Source: an uncultured Alphaproteobacteria bacterium (GTDB lineage: Bacteria; Pseudomonadota; Alphaproteobacteria; Rs-D84). From it: DNA of 64,000 nucleotides. Under the pieces are notes generated by a model, which saw nothing but the letters and a program-made list of their open reading frames with translations, was not told where the DNA came from and did no database searches. The stretch's first letter is position 1. Each line of letters begins with the position of its first letter. This document shows positions 28,589-39,000 of the stretch, piece after piece. The DNA lies in assembly GCA_944389385.1 (NCBI GenBank), contig CALXMC010000004.1, forward strand, positions 77,014 to 141,013. The letters are read 5' to 3'. The position numbers and the translations under genes were made by a program.

Positions 28589-29277
28589 ATTTTGTAAATT
28601 ATCTTGATAATGCGATACTTAAAAAAGAAAGCAGAAAAACGCTTTCTATAAGGGTTTATCCTGATGGGGCTATTGTTATAAAAGCCCCAAAAGAAGCAAC
28701 AGATGAAGAGATAAACAGTTTTATATCAAGGAAGAAACTGTGGGTATCAAAGCAGTTGGATTTTTTTAATAAATTCAAAGTTTGTGATACAATTTGTGAC
28801 GCTTCAGGGGCAAGTATTTTATATCTTGGACGCCAATACCAGTTCATAATAGAAAAATCTGTTAAAAATAATGTGATTCAGGTATCTCATAACAAAATTA
28901 TTTTGTATACAAATTTTCCGCAAAAGAGAGATGAAATACAGAAATTTTTAACAAATTGGCTAAGTTTGCGGGCAGAATATGTTTTTTTACAACAGCTAAA
29001 ACAAATGGTTCATTTATTTCCTGATATGAATATGCCAAAATTAAAGGTGAGAAAATTAAATAAAAGATGGGGTAGTTATCTAAAAAATCATACAATCATA
29101 TTAAATCCATGTTTGGTTAGGGCGTCAAAACGTGCTATAAACTATGTGATATTACATGAATTGTGTCATCATTATTATGATAAGCACACAAAAGCATTTT
29201 ATAATATGCTAACATCAAAAATGCCAGATTGGGAAAGAATTTCAGAGATGCTAGAAAAACAAGTTCTTGGTAAATAA
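28585..29277 (+). CDS. YgjP-like (DUF45/M48-related) metal-dependent hydrolase
   Basis: C-terminal YVILHELCHHYYDKHTKAFY (HExxH). The start overlaps the hsdR stop (ATGA). This family is commonly linked to hsdR. Confidence 0.7.
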   Translation: MNFVNYLDNAILKKESRKTLSIRVYPDGAIVIKAPKEATDEEINSFISRKKLWVSKQLDFFNKFKVCDTICDASGASILYLGRQYQFIIEKSVKNNVIQVSHNKIILYTNFPQKRDEIQKFLTNWLSLRAEYVFLQQLKQMVHLFPDMNMPKLKVRKLNKRWGSYLKNHTIILNPCLVRASKRAINYVILHELCHHYYDKHTKAFYNMLTSKMPDWERISEMLEKQVLGK

Positions 29278-29352
29278 AATTTTACAATGGAAGCCTTTTT
29301 CAAAAAATAGTGATTCTACTTTCTGGTTGCTGAGCAACGATTGCTGGACTAA

Positions 29353-29775
29353 GATATAAAGCAATACACAAGTGATGTGGGTTCTGTTATTGTGTATAAC
29401 CAGAGTTTTGAACAAGGGCGCAATACAGAAATGGCGCGTGATTTTCCAGAATATGCAGCGCAATTAAATGCGATAAATGAACGTATGTTGGATTTGCTGA
29501 TACCTTTCCGATATCGTGGGCTGTACCGTCCATGTCAAAACGGCAGTGCGTCAATTAAACAGACTTTACCAGCCTTTGTTCCAGAAATGTCATACGAAAA
29601 TATGGGGATACATAACGGGACCGAGGCCAGCGAACAATTTATGGCCTTTATGCAAGGTAAACAAACGCCAGAACAGACAGCAACAATGATGCAAAACTTG
29701 CACGATTATTGCGGTCAGGATACTTTGGCAATGGTTAAATTGCTGGAAGTAGTGCAAGGCGCGATAAGTAAATAA
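29353..29775 (+). pseudogene. C-terminal fragment of a DUF2779-family protein
   Basis: VYNQSFEQGRNTEMARDFPEYAAQLNAINERMLDLLIPFR...GSASIKQTLPAFVPEMSYENMGI matches only the C-terminal part of DUF2779 proteins. A stop at 29350 in the same frame closes the frame upstream, and there is no proper start. Confidence 0.5.
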
Positions 29776-29778
29776 TCT

Positions 29779-29807
29779 TTGACTTTATAATAAGCATATA
29801 CTACAAT
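29779..29807 (+). promoter_or_regulatory. predicted hipBA promoter
   Basis: TTGACT, 17 nt, TACAAT. Confidence 0.5.
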
Positions 29808-29811
29808 AAAA

Positions 29812-29829
29812 TAGATAAAATAATATCTA
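29812..29829. promoter_or_regulatory. operator-like palindrome downstream of hipBA -10
   Basis: tagata-aaataa-tatcta is a perfect 6-bp inverted repeat. Confidence 0.35.
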
Positions 29830-29842
29830 AAAGTGGCATAAT

Positions 29843-30127
29843 ATGACAAATATAGACAATATATTATCTATTAAAGATGGGATTGCAGAGCGCTTCCGTA
29901 ATGCCAGACGTACGGCTAAAATATCTCAGATGACAATGGCGGAACGCTCTGGGGTGTCTTTGGGCAGTATAAAGCGTTTTGAGCGGACAGGTGAAATATC
30001 ATTATCGTCCTTGATAAAACTTGCGATGGTGTTGGGTTATGAAGAAGATTTTAACGATTTATTCCGTCGCAAGAATTACCAGTCTATATTTGAAGTTGTG
30101 AACGAAGGTAAGTCAAATGCAGAATAA
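29843..30127 (+). CDS. hipB: XRE-family HTH antitoxin (HipB-like)
   Basis: ISQMTMAERSGVSLGSIKRFERTG HTH. It overlaps the hipA start. Confidence 0.75.
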   Translation: MTNIDNILSIKDGIAERFRNARRTAKISQMTMAERSGVSLGSIKRFERTGEISLSSLIKLAMVLGYEEDFNDLFRRKNYQSIFEVVNEGKSNAE

Positions 30128-31205
30128 GATGCTTGTTGTAAAATATCATGGTATGGTTGTTGGTCGTTTGGCCTTGACGCCAGATAATCTTATGGCGTTT
30201 GAATATGATGCTGACTGGTTGCAAAATGGCTTTAGTATATCTCCGTTCAAATTGCCTTTGGAAAAGCGAGTATTCATTGCAAAGCGTAATCCATTTGACG
30301 GTGTGTTTGGCGTGTTTAATGACAGCTTGCCTGATGCGTGGGGGCAATTACTGGTTAATCGTGAATTGCAAAGACGTGGAATCGCACCAAACAGCATATC
30401 TGTTTTAGACAGATTGGCAATAGTTGGTAAGAACGGGCCTGGCGCGTTGGAATATGAGCCTGCCGAAGAAATAAGTGCAGAAGTTGCCGACATAGACTTT
30501 GATGTGATTGCTGGGCAGATAAATAATATTATTAATTCTGGCAATACTGACGATAAGATTACCGAAGAATTGTTTCGTATGGGTGGTTCTTCTGGTGGAA
30601 CAAGACCAAAGATATTCAAAAAGATTGACGGTGAAGATTGGATTATAAAATTCAAAGCCAAGCTTGACCCTGATGATATCGGAAGGCAAGAATTTAATAT
30701 AATGAACTTGGCGCAAAACGCGGGCTTGGACGTACCGGCACATAAACTGTTTAATGATAAATATTTTGGTGTTAAACGGTTTGACCGTAAAGGCGACGGG
30801 GAAAAAGTGTTTATGATTTCTGCATCTGGGTTGTTGGACGCGGATTATAATCAACCTGTACTTGATTATTCAGATTTGTTAGCGCTAACCGCAAAATTGA
30901 CACGAAATATGGTCGAGGTTGAAAAGATGTTTCGTCTGATGGTATTTAATGTCTTTATAAATAACACAGATGACCATGCAAAGAATTTTGCGTTTTTATA
31001 CGACGGGGATTGGCATGTGACACCGGCATTTGATTTAACACAAGCGGTTGGTATGTGGGAACATGCAACGTCTGTAAATGGCAAGGGGCAAAATATTACT
31101 GATGATGATATGCTGGCACTTGCCACCAAGGTCGGTATCCCAGAACGCCACGCAAATGAAATTATTGCAGAAGTAAGAAGCAGTCTGGATAAGATAAAGT
31201 CATAA
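30117..31205 (+). CDS. hipA: HipA-family serine/threonine kinase toxin
   Basis: N-terminal coupling domain (VGRLALTPDNLMAFEYD), GGSSGGTRPK P-loop-like motif, and catalytic NNTDDHAKNFAF. Confidence 0.85.
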   Translation: MQNKMLVVKYHGMVVGRLALTPDNLMAFEYDADWLQNGFSISPFKLPLEKRVFIAKRNPFDGVFGVFNDSLPDAWGQLLVNRELQRRGIAPNSISVLDRLAIVGKNGPGALEYEPAEEISAEVADIDFDVIAGQINNIINSGNTDDKITEELFRMGGSSGGTRPKIFKKIDGEDWIIKFKAKLDPDDIGRQEFNIMNLAQNAGLDVPAHKLFNDKYFGVKRFDRKGDGEKVFMISASGLLDADYNQPVLDYSDLLALTAKLTRNMVEVEKMFRLMVFNVFINNTDDHAKNFAFLYDGDWHVTPAFDLTQAVGMWEHATSVNGKGQNITDDDMLALATKVGIPERHANEIIAEVRSSLDKIKS

Positions 31206-31229
31206 TAATTACATGCAAGGTATGTGTAA

Positions 31230-31949
31230 TTATACCGCTATTACAGTTCTGATAAACTCATCTGTTTTGTATTTAACATTTGGTTCAAATTGCATGCGAT
31301 TGCCTTGGTTAAATACATAATATGGTCGGCTACCAATTACTTCAACCGTGTTGCCATTTATATATAAACTGTCTTCTTCGGGCAGGGCAATTACAGGTTC
31401 TTTGTGTGAATATTCAGTCAAAAAATCTGTTGCCAGCTGTGTCCGTTCGGCATTTTTATTTGTATAGTGTGCCGCCAAAGAAAAGCCAAATGCAGAATTA
31501 AAGCCACTGGTATCTTTTAATTCTACTAAATTTGGGTCTGCATATAGACAGATGTCTATATCTTTTCCAAATATACATGCACCGGCACTGCAGCCATAAA
31601 CCAAACCGTCATTGTTTATGTATTCTTGAATTTTGTTGAACGCGCCGGATTCTTTTAGTTCTTTTAATAACTTAAATGTATTCCCGCCGCCAATAAAAAT
31701 AGCCGCATAATCAGATAAGTTTTTATGAATAACTTCAGATAAAGATTCAAGCGTATCAATTTCACCATGCTTTATGTCTTTGAATTCGCCAAGCAACCAA
31801 GTTTTACAAGTGATATAACCTGCAGGGTCACGGTCGCGCGCCTGTGGAATATACAGAATAGGTTTGTGAGGTTCAATTAGGCTTTCAAAGATTTTGTTTG
31901 GTACGACAGTTTTTTCTGCCCAACCACCACCACATAATATCAGCTTCAT
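31230..31949 (-). CDS. peptidase S51 (dipeptidase E-like) family protein
   Basis: IFIGGGNTFKLLKEL and YGCSAGACIFG (nucleophile Ser). The alternative start is 31964. Confidence 0.6.
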   Translation of the reverse strand: MKLILCGGGWAEKTVVPNKIFESLIEPHKPILYIPQARDRDPAGYITCKTWLLGEFKDIKHGEIDTLESLSEVIHKNLSDYAAIFIGGGNTFKLLKELKESGAFNKIQEYINNDGLVYGCSAGACIFGKDIDICLYADPNLVELKDTSGFNSAFGFSLAAHYTNKNAERTQLATDFLTEYSHKEPVIALPEEDSLYINGNTVEVIGSRPYYVFNQGNRMQFEPNVKYKTDEFIRTVIAV

Positions 31950-31953
31950 TTTT

Positions 31954-32847
31954 TTACCTTTCACTTTCTATGTTTGAACAAATATAAAGTTTCGCAATAT
32001 TTTTTTCAGGTGATTTATTATATTTTAAATCGTCACTGATATTGCATAACATATTTTTTGTGGAATGAAATTTCTGCCTGATGTCAATATGTGGGTCGGA
32101 ATTATCGCGGTATCCAATCAGCAAGTCTTTAGCGCCTGTTCCGTAATAATAGTGCATGTCACGGGCAGGTTCGGCATATTGTGCAGAACCAAAATCTATT
32201 AGTCCTGTAATTGTTCTAGTTTTCTTATCAAACATCATATTGCCAAAATGTAAATCGCAGTGACACAAAACTGGTTTTACTGGGGCGGATATAGATACTT
32301 GTTTATATGTATCAATAAGTGTGTTTATTTGTGATATTAAATCACTAGGTAATATCTTACGAATACTTTCACAAAACAAACCGTCAAAAGTTTTAAGAGA
32401 GTCTATATATGTTTCTGGTGCTTTCCCCAGCCAAGAAAAGTCTGAGTCAGAATTATGGAGTTCTCTTATTACTGCGCCAATTTGTTGCAATATATTTGAT
32501 TTAGTGTTTTCATCAAAAGAATCATGAAGTTCTTGAGAGTATATGGTGTCTGACATAAATGTTTCACCGATAATATATTTACCATTCTCAGCAACTTTGT
32601 GATATAAAATTTTTGGTATCTTAAAATTAATTTTATTTTGTAGATGATTTAATACCTTAACTTCTTTTATTTGGTCGTTGGTGTGTTTTTTATCGTTTGA
32701 TTTAGGAACTTTAAAAACGATTTCTTTGTTTACAAGACAGGTATAAGCATATTTGCCACTTCCCAGCAGAGAAAAATCATTAATTTTTAATTCGTGAAAA
32801 GTATCGGTTATAATGTCTTTTAATTCATCATAGTGGTCACTTAACAT
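31954..32847 (-). CDS. aminoglycoside/small-molecule phosphotransferase (APH family kinase)
   Basis: Brenner motif HCDLHFGNMMFD and GLIDFGSA (DFG). Confidence 0.75.
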   Translation of the reverse strand: MLSDHYDELKDIITDTFHELKINDFSLLGSGKYAYTCLVNKEIVFKVPKSNDKKHTNDQIKEVKVLNHLQNKINFKIPKILYHKVAENGKYIIGETFMSDTIYSQELHDSFDENTKSNILQQIGAVIRELHNSDSDFSWLGKAPETYIDSLKTFDGLFCESIRKILPSDLISQINTLIDTYKQVSISAPVKPVLCHCDLHFGNMMFDKKTRTITGLIDFGSAQYAEPARDMHYYYGTGAKDLLIGYRDNSDPHIDIRQKFHSTKNMLCNISDDLKYNKSPEKNIAKLYICSNIESER

Positions 32848-33176
32848 AATACAAACTCCTCGCATACCAGTTTTATTTCTGGGGTAAAGTTTTCATAATA
32901 TTTCGTAAAGAACTCTTTGTGCTCTTTTTGCCAATAAGTAAGCGATAAATCTCCTTCGCCTTCTTTCTTTGCCCATTCTTCGTCTACATCGCAAAAGCGT
33001 TTAATTTCAACTTTTGTGATTTGTATTTTAATTATCTCACCTTTTGAATTTACAATCTGTTCAATGTCGCCAGGTTTAGACAAAGGCTCAGCATCTAATA
33101 TAGAGCAGGTTGCAGTTTTACGTCCACAACGTACCAGTTCAAACAGTTCGTCATTGTCAAAAGACCATGTTTCCAT
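32841..33176 (-). CDS. ASCH domain protein
   Basis: WSFDNDELFELVRCGRKTATCS and the ~110-aa size fit the ASCH fold family. Confidence 0.6.
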   Translation of the reverse strand: METWSFDNDELFELVRCGRKTATCSILDAEPLSKPGDIEQIVNSKGEIIKIQITKVEIKRFCDVDEEWAKKEGEGDLSLTYWQKEHKEFFTKYYENFTPEIKLVCEEFVLC

Positions 33177-33178
33177 TT

Positions 33179-33640
33179 TTATGCTTTGGTTCTATATTCT
33201 TTTAACTCCGAATATGTTTGTCCGTTTGCAATTGCGTTTAATACTTGTCTGGTTGTTGAAACAACGTTTTTTGTGTTGTTTACTTCATCCAGCGTCATAT
33301 AACGCATCTCAACACACTTATCACCTTCGCAGTTTCTAAGTGTGCCAGAGAATTTCTTTACAGTGAAAAAGAAATCAAAGCTTTCAGTTTTACTTGCCAA
33401 ATTGCTGATGATATGTGAAAACTCGATGTCTTCGGGCAATATATCAATATCCAGTTCTTCTTTTGCTTCACGAATTGCAGCGGCCAGGGCTGTTTCGCCT
33501 TGCTCAATATGACCGGCAGGCATTACCCACCAACCGCCACCATAACTGAAAAAGCCATCGTTACGAAAGAACAATAACGTCTTGTCGCCGTCCTTGATAA
33601 TCAGGTTTATCACACCTTTGAATTTTGCACGTTCTGTCAT
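33179..33640 (-). CDS. NUDIX hydrolase
   Basis: Nudix box GHIEQGETALAAAIREAKEELDI. Confidence 0.8.
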   Translation of the reverse strand: MTERAKFKGVINLIIKDGDKTLLFFRNDGFFSYGGGWWVMPAGHIEQGETALAAAIREAKEELDIDILPEDIEFSHIISNLASKTESFDFFFTVKKFSGTLRNCEGDKCVEMRYMTLDEVNNTKNVVSTTRQVLNAIANGQTYSELKEYRTKA

Positions 33641-33643
33641 TTT

Positions 33644-34633
33644 TTATTCCTTGCGGCTGATTGTTATTTCAAATTCGTTGCCGCGGGCATTCATTTTGCA
33701 ATACGCACCCGTTGGAATTGTTAACAGGGGCGTTGTATGACCGAAATCTAAATCCATTATCACAGGTACATTTGGCAGGCGGTTCTTTATCGTTTGATAT
33801 ATTGTCAATGTGTTCGGGTTCGTTTCTTTTTGAAAACGACCGACCAATATGCCACGAATTTTATTTGCAAAGTCTTGCATCAAAACGCCATTTAATTGAC
33901 GTATAAACGTGTCTTCGCTGGATTCAGAATCATCCTCCACGAATAAAACTATATCATCAAAATCGGACGGCATATATTTTGTCCCTTGCAGTAGCGCAAA
34001 TGTTGATAAGTTACCACCAATCAAATGCCCATGTGCGGTGCCGTCGTGCATAACAACCGCACCCGCGTTTTTAATAAAGGTTCTGTTTTCTTGGTCTCTG
34101 TACCACGGGTCATCGGACCATTCGGGGCTGATGCTGATATCAAAATCGTCCTCGCGCATGATTGCCTTTTTGAAAGCGTCCATAGTAAAATCGAAACCAT
34201 GCAACATACCAAAACTGGAATAATGCGGGCCACAGAATGTTATCAATCCCGTTTGTGCCAAAATTGCATTGTTTAACGCGGTTATGTCGCTGAAACCACA
34301 AAATACCTTTGGGTTATTTTTTATTAAATCAAAATCCAGCAAGTCCAATAATTGATTACAGTGATGACCGCCCAGTATGGTAAAAATACCATTTATACTT
34401 TTGTCGGCAAATGCGGTATGTATATCGTCAACACGTTGTTTAATACTTTCTGGTGTACTGATAAATAAATCAGAATGAAAGTTTGGTGCAAAAATAACCT
34501 TCAGACCAAGTTCTTCAAAACGTTGTTTGGCAACTTGCATAACATTTTCATGAATATAAGTACTTGGACTACTCGGGGCAATAACCATTACGGTATCACC
34601 AGATTGGAGTGGGGACGGATATAAAAGTTTCAT
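33644..34633 (-). CDS. LD-carboxypeptidase / MccF-like peptidase S66
   Basis: LQSGDTVMVIAPSS, GGHHCNQLL and CGFSDITAL (nucleophile Ser). RBS aaggag precedes ATG 34633. Confidence 0.8.
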   Translation of the reverse strand: MKLLYPSPLQSGDTVMVIAPSSPSTYIHENVMQVAKQRFEELGLKVIFAPNFHSDLFISTPESIKQRVDDIHTAFADKSINGIFTILGGHHCNQLLDLLDFDLIKNNPKVFCGFSDITALNNAILAQTGLITFCGPHYSSFGMLHGFDFTMDAFKKAIMREDDFDISISPEWSDDPWYRDQENRTFIKNAGAVVMHDGTAHGHLIGGNLSTFALLQGTKYMPSDFDDIVLFVEDDSESSEDTFIRQLNGVLMQDFANKIRGILVGRFQKETNPNTLTIYQTIKNRLPNVPVIMDLDFGHTTPLLTIPTGAYCKMNARGNEFEITISRKE

Positions 34634-34753
34634 AGTAAAACTCCTTTGTATTAGTTTATCAGAGTTTTTATTCCGTGCAAGCAATTACAATAAAAAAACT
34701 TGCATTTATAAGCAGATATTATAATCTTTATATAATTTTTTAAGGGGGTAGTT

Positions 34754-36019
34754 ATGGCAAGTTATGTTGCGGGTATTGATTTCGGTACAAGTAATTCTTC
34801 AACTGCAATAACTAATGGGGGGGTGCCGCGATTGGTTGATGTTGAAAACGGTCGTAATACAATTCCAACCGCTTTATATTTTCCTGAAAAATCAAGCGAA
34901 GTTTTTTATGGCAGAACTGCCCAACAAAAATATGTGGATTCTGAAACAGGTGGTCGCTTTATGCGCAGTATGAAGCGAATTTTAGGAACACCTCTGATGG
35001 ACAGCAGTACACAAATAAACGGTCTTATGGTTAAATTTGACGATATAATCGGGGCTTTCGTTTCTTATATGAAGCAAAAAATAGATGCATCAGCAAATGA
35101 AAATGTAGAATCAGTTGTTATGGGACGCCCCGTACATTTTCGTGATAATGACCCAACTGCAGACGATAAAGCGCAACAAGAACTTGAACGTATTACTAAA
35201 AAAGCAGGTTTTAAAAATGTTTGTTTTCAATATGAACCAATAGCTGCTGCTTTTGCACACGAACAAAAAATTAACTCTGAAAAATTAGCGTGCGTTATAG
35301 ATATTGGTGGTGGTACTTCGGACTTTACAGTTATACGTCTTTCACCAGAAAACAGAAATAAAGCAGACAGAACCAAAGACGTTTTGGCAAATACAGGCGT
35401 TAGAATTGGCGGAAATGATTTTGATAAAAATTTATCTTTGAATGCATTTATGCCAGTACTAGGCATGGGAACAGATTATAAAGTTTACGGTAAGGTTTTA
35501 AGCATACCAAACAGTATTTATATAAACTTATCTACCTGGAATCAGGTAAATGATGTTTATAATTATAAAACATTGAATTTAGTAAAAGGCTATCAGACGT
35601 GGGCTTTAGAGCCAGAAAAACTTGCGCGCTTATATCAGGTGGTACAAAACAGGCTGGGACATATAAATTTAAATTATGTTGAAAAAGCAAAAATAGCATT
35701 ATCAAAAGATTTAAGTATTGAAAGTATTTTAGATTTTCTATCAGACAAACCATCTATTTATATAACACGGGAAGAGTTTAATAATTCAATTTCAAACGAT
35801 GTAGAAAAGATAGAGAAATTTTTGTCAGAATGTATTTTGCAAGCGGGTGTAAAAAACGAAGATATAGATTTAGTAATCTTGACGGGTGGTTCAACGGAAG
35901 TTCCACGTGTTTCTGAGATTGTAACGAAATTCTTTCCAAATGCAGAGGTTTCTGCCGGTGATAAATTATCCAGTGTTGGCATGGGGCTTGCCTATGACGC
36001 CAGACGCATATTTTTATAA
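34754..36019 (+). CDS. Hsp70-family ATPase, nucleotide-binding domain only (YegD-like)
   Basis: GIDFGTSNS, DIGGGTSDF and LTGGSTEVP actin-fold/Hsp70 phosphate and adenosine motifs. At 421 aa it has no substrate-binding domain. Confidence 0.8.
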   Translation: MASYVAGIDFGTSNSSTAITNGGVPRLVDVENGRNTIPTALYFPEKSSEVFYGRTAQQKYVDSETGGRFMRSMKRILGTPLMDSSTQINGLMVKFDDIIGAFVSYMKQKIDASANENVESVVMGRPVHFRDNDPTADDKAQQELERITKKAGFKNVCFQYEPIAAAFAHEQKINSEKLACVIDIGGGTSDFTVIRLSPENRNKADRTKDVLANTGVRIGGNDFDKNLSLNAFMPVLGMGTDYKVYGKVLSIPNSIYINLSTWNQVNDVYNYKTLNLVKGYQTWALEPEKLARLYQVVQNRLGHINLNYVEKAKIALSKDLSIESILDFLSDKPSIYITREEFNNSISNDVEKIEKFLSECILQAGVKNEDIDLVILTGGSTEVPRVSEIVTKFFPNAEVSAGDKLSSVGMGLAYDARRIFL

Positions 36020-36026
36020 TTTGACA
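35993..36026 (+). repeat. 34-bp direct repeat, left copy (3' end of Hsp70-like CDS)
   Basis: tatgacgccagacgcatatttttataatttgaca is identical to 40802-40835. Confidence 0.9.
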
Positions 36027-36060
36027 ATTATAGTATAACCATATTCATATAGAATATACG

Positions 36061-39000
36061 TCAGACTATTAAATCTTCTAGCAAAGCTTCTGCTTCATCA
36101 AGTTTAATCGCACATTTTTTGTCTTTTATATACCCATTTGCTAGGCATTTTTTCAGCTTTTCGCCAGTTAAGACGATATATCTAGTTTCTGCTACTAGAT
36201 ATACGAAATAATTATCTTTATATTTAGGGTCATTTGCTTTGGCTTCTTCGTTTGCAGTGATGATAAAGTTCCATTCTCCATCAGATGTTGTTGTAACACT
36301 TTTTACTTCAACATATTTAGTAATATTGTTGTCGTTATAGAATATGTCGTAACCAGCAGCATCACCGCCTTTAGAGGAAGCTAAATTACTTTGTGCGTCA
36401 AATTTTTTTGCATTTGATGAAATCCATTCTACATTGTTTTTGCTGTATTGTTTACATAATATTTCATAAATGCGTTTTTCTGCGTTTGCGCCATTTTCTA
36501 TTTTGATATCTTCGATACGTGGATTATAGCTGCCTCCATTATTTCGTGTGTGTCTATGTGTATGCGTAGTGCCGTTTTTTAGACTTGCTACTGTTACTTG
36601 TGTGTCAGAAACCAAGACCAACGGAGTAGTTAGAACAGTGTTGTTCTTTTGCTGTTGTTGCTGTATATGTATAGCTTTTTGGACGCACTGTTGTTTTAGT
36701 GTATCAAACTGTCCAAACAACAATAGGCTTTGGTTTTTCATGTTTGTTAATGTTTCATCAATAATACTGCGGTCCAAATCGTCTGCGATACGATAAAACT
36801 CTTCTTTCTTAGAATTGGTTAAGTCGCTAATATTTATGCTAGTTTTTATCGTTGAATTTAATTCGTTCATAAAATCGTCTGATAAATTAAAGTATTTTTT
36901 TATCCAGTCTGTCACATCAAAATAAATTGAATTTGCAATTTCATCATCTGCAATATCTTCAATGTTTATGAAAGGCGAAATAACGTCTTTATAAAATCCA
37001 GATTGAGTATTTATATCAGCTGTAATATACTCATTATATTTCAAAGCGGAAAATTGATTTTTAATACTGTTAGCGTATTGGGTTAACAAACGTCGATTAT
37101 ATGGACGTAAATTGACTTGTATATTTGTGTCATTAAATTCATCGATATCTACCCCAATCTTTATTAAAACATCTTTAATGTGTGGGGCATTGTCGATGCT
37201 GTCAAAAGTATCAAAATTAATACGGTTGATAAATTCAGTACAATCAAAATCGTTCTTATTTACTTCGCCTAAGCGTTTAATAAACAGCTGTCTGTTATCA
37301 ATCAAGTCATTCAATTTTTCAATGCTATATCCTTCTCGTAGCAACAAGCTGGCTCGTTCCGTATCGTCTGTGCTCCACAAATTAAAAATCAGACTAGGGC
37401 TGATATTTGACGCTGCTTCTCGTGAAATTATATCAGTAAGCGCTTCTGCAATATGTTTTTTGTCGGGGGTTGTTTGACGGTTTAAATAAATCAAATATTT
37501 ATGAGCATCTTTACAAGCGGCAACTGTATAATTCTTAACAGACAAAAGTTCATTTGTTTGTATTTCATGTGCTTTCTGTGCAATTTGAATGGAAATATTA
37601 TTTGCCACCTTATGCAAATTGCTTGTCCCAAAACATAATAAGTATTTTTTAAAGATATTAAAATTTTTTTCGAATTCGGCATTATCATAATGTAATTCAT
37701 CTGCTTGATATGTCAGTTTTTCGTTTAATTGTTCAATGCCAAAAATTTTTTTGAAGATTTCATGCTGACCTTGTCTTAGTGGTGTAACTAAAATAGGGTG
37801 GTTGTTAACATTAATTGGCTTTCCGCTATGAAAATAAACCTGGGTGCGATCAAAAAACTGTTCGTGGTTTGGTGTTTTTCGAGATGCCCATAGTTTTCCA
37901 GATGTTAAAAATTCTTGTTTGTTCGTATTATAGTCTGAGACTGATAAATGTGATATTTTATCTGGTTTTTGCGCAATAAAATTATATATTTCAGTTGATA
38001 TTTTGCCGCCATTATTTAAATCAGGCAAAGCTAACAAAATGCCATAGAAGTCATCTATTGGCAACTCCGCCGGATTGGTTTTTGTCTCTACGTCTTTCCA
38101 TAAGGCCGGGATGTGGGGCAGTTGGGGTATGAGCTCAGGCCATCGTTGACTGTTTAATATACAATCGCTTGCTTTTCTTTGTGTGCCAGCAAACCATACC
38201 CATTTAGTGTTTAGAATTTGATAAATTATATAACTATCTACAGGTAAGGTTACAAGACCAGGTTTTGAGGAACCCCATAGATATGTTATCGTTGCTCCTT
38301 GTGGAGCCTTGATGATTTGTGGCGCGATTGAATCTAGCCATGATATCAATGTTTCCTTTGGTGCTGTTTTTAATATTTGGTCTAAATTATCTATTGTTTG
38401 TAGAGTTACGTTTTCTATGTTACATGTACGATTATATCCATAGTATTCTTTTATTTTTTGAATAAGATGATCCTTGTAGCCGGCGTCAAGATTTGTTACT
38501 TGTTTGGTTTCTGGAATAGCTTTTCCGTGCACTCTAAAAATAGATTGAATGACACGCACGAAGTCTTCTATTTGATTAGGTGATAAATTAAGTTGTGTTG
38601 GTGTGGCTAATAATTTATATCCTGCTGCTGTCCATATAGTATCGCCAAATTTGTCGTCTGGAAAATACTTGTCTCCAAAATATAGTTGATTTGCCTTGTA
38701 TAGTTGTCCGTCCAGCCCAGGCAGATACAAATCAGAAAAGTCGGCGCGCAGGTCATTGTTTCCTTTATCTTTGTATTCATTATACGCATACATCAAAAAC
38801 TCGGTTGCGTATTTATGATTTCCTCGAACTAATTTATTAATTTTTGTGACAAGACTATTTTTCTCTGTGTGTGAAAAAATTTCTGTCGCAGTGAGATGGT
38901 TATAATATTCGGCAACATCGCGTTCTTTGTTTTTTTCGTTCGCGTTGTGAACCGGGGTAATTTTAAATAGATAATCTCTGTCCTTTGAGTTTATCAAATC

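Noticed and set aside
29843-31205. hipBA as a novel system
   Set aside because: It is a standard HipB (XRE HTH) plus HipA kinase type II toxin-antitoxin pair, so I annotated it as a known feature only.
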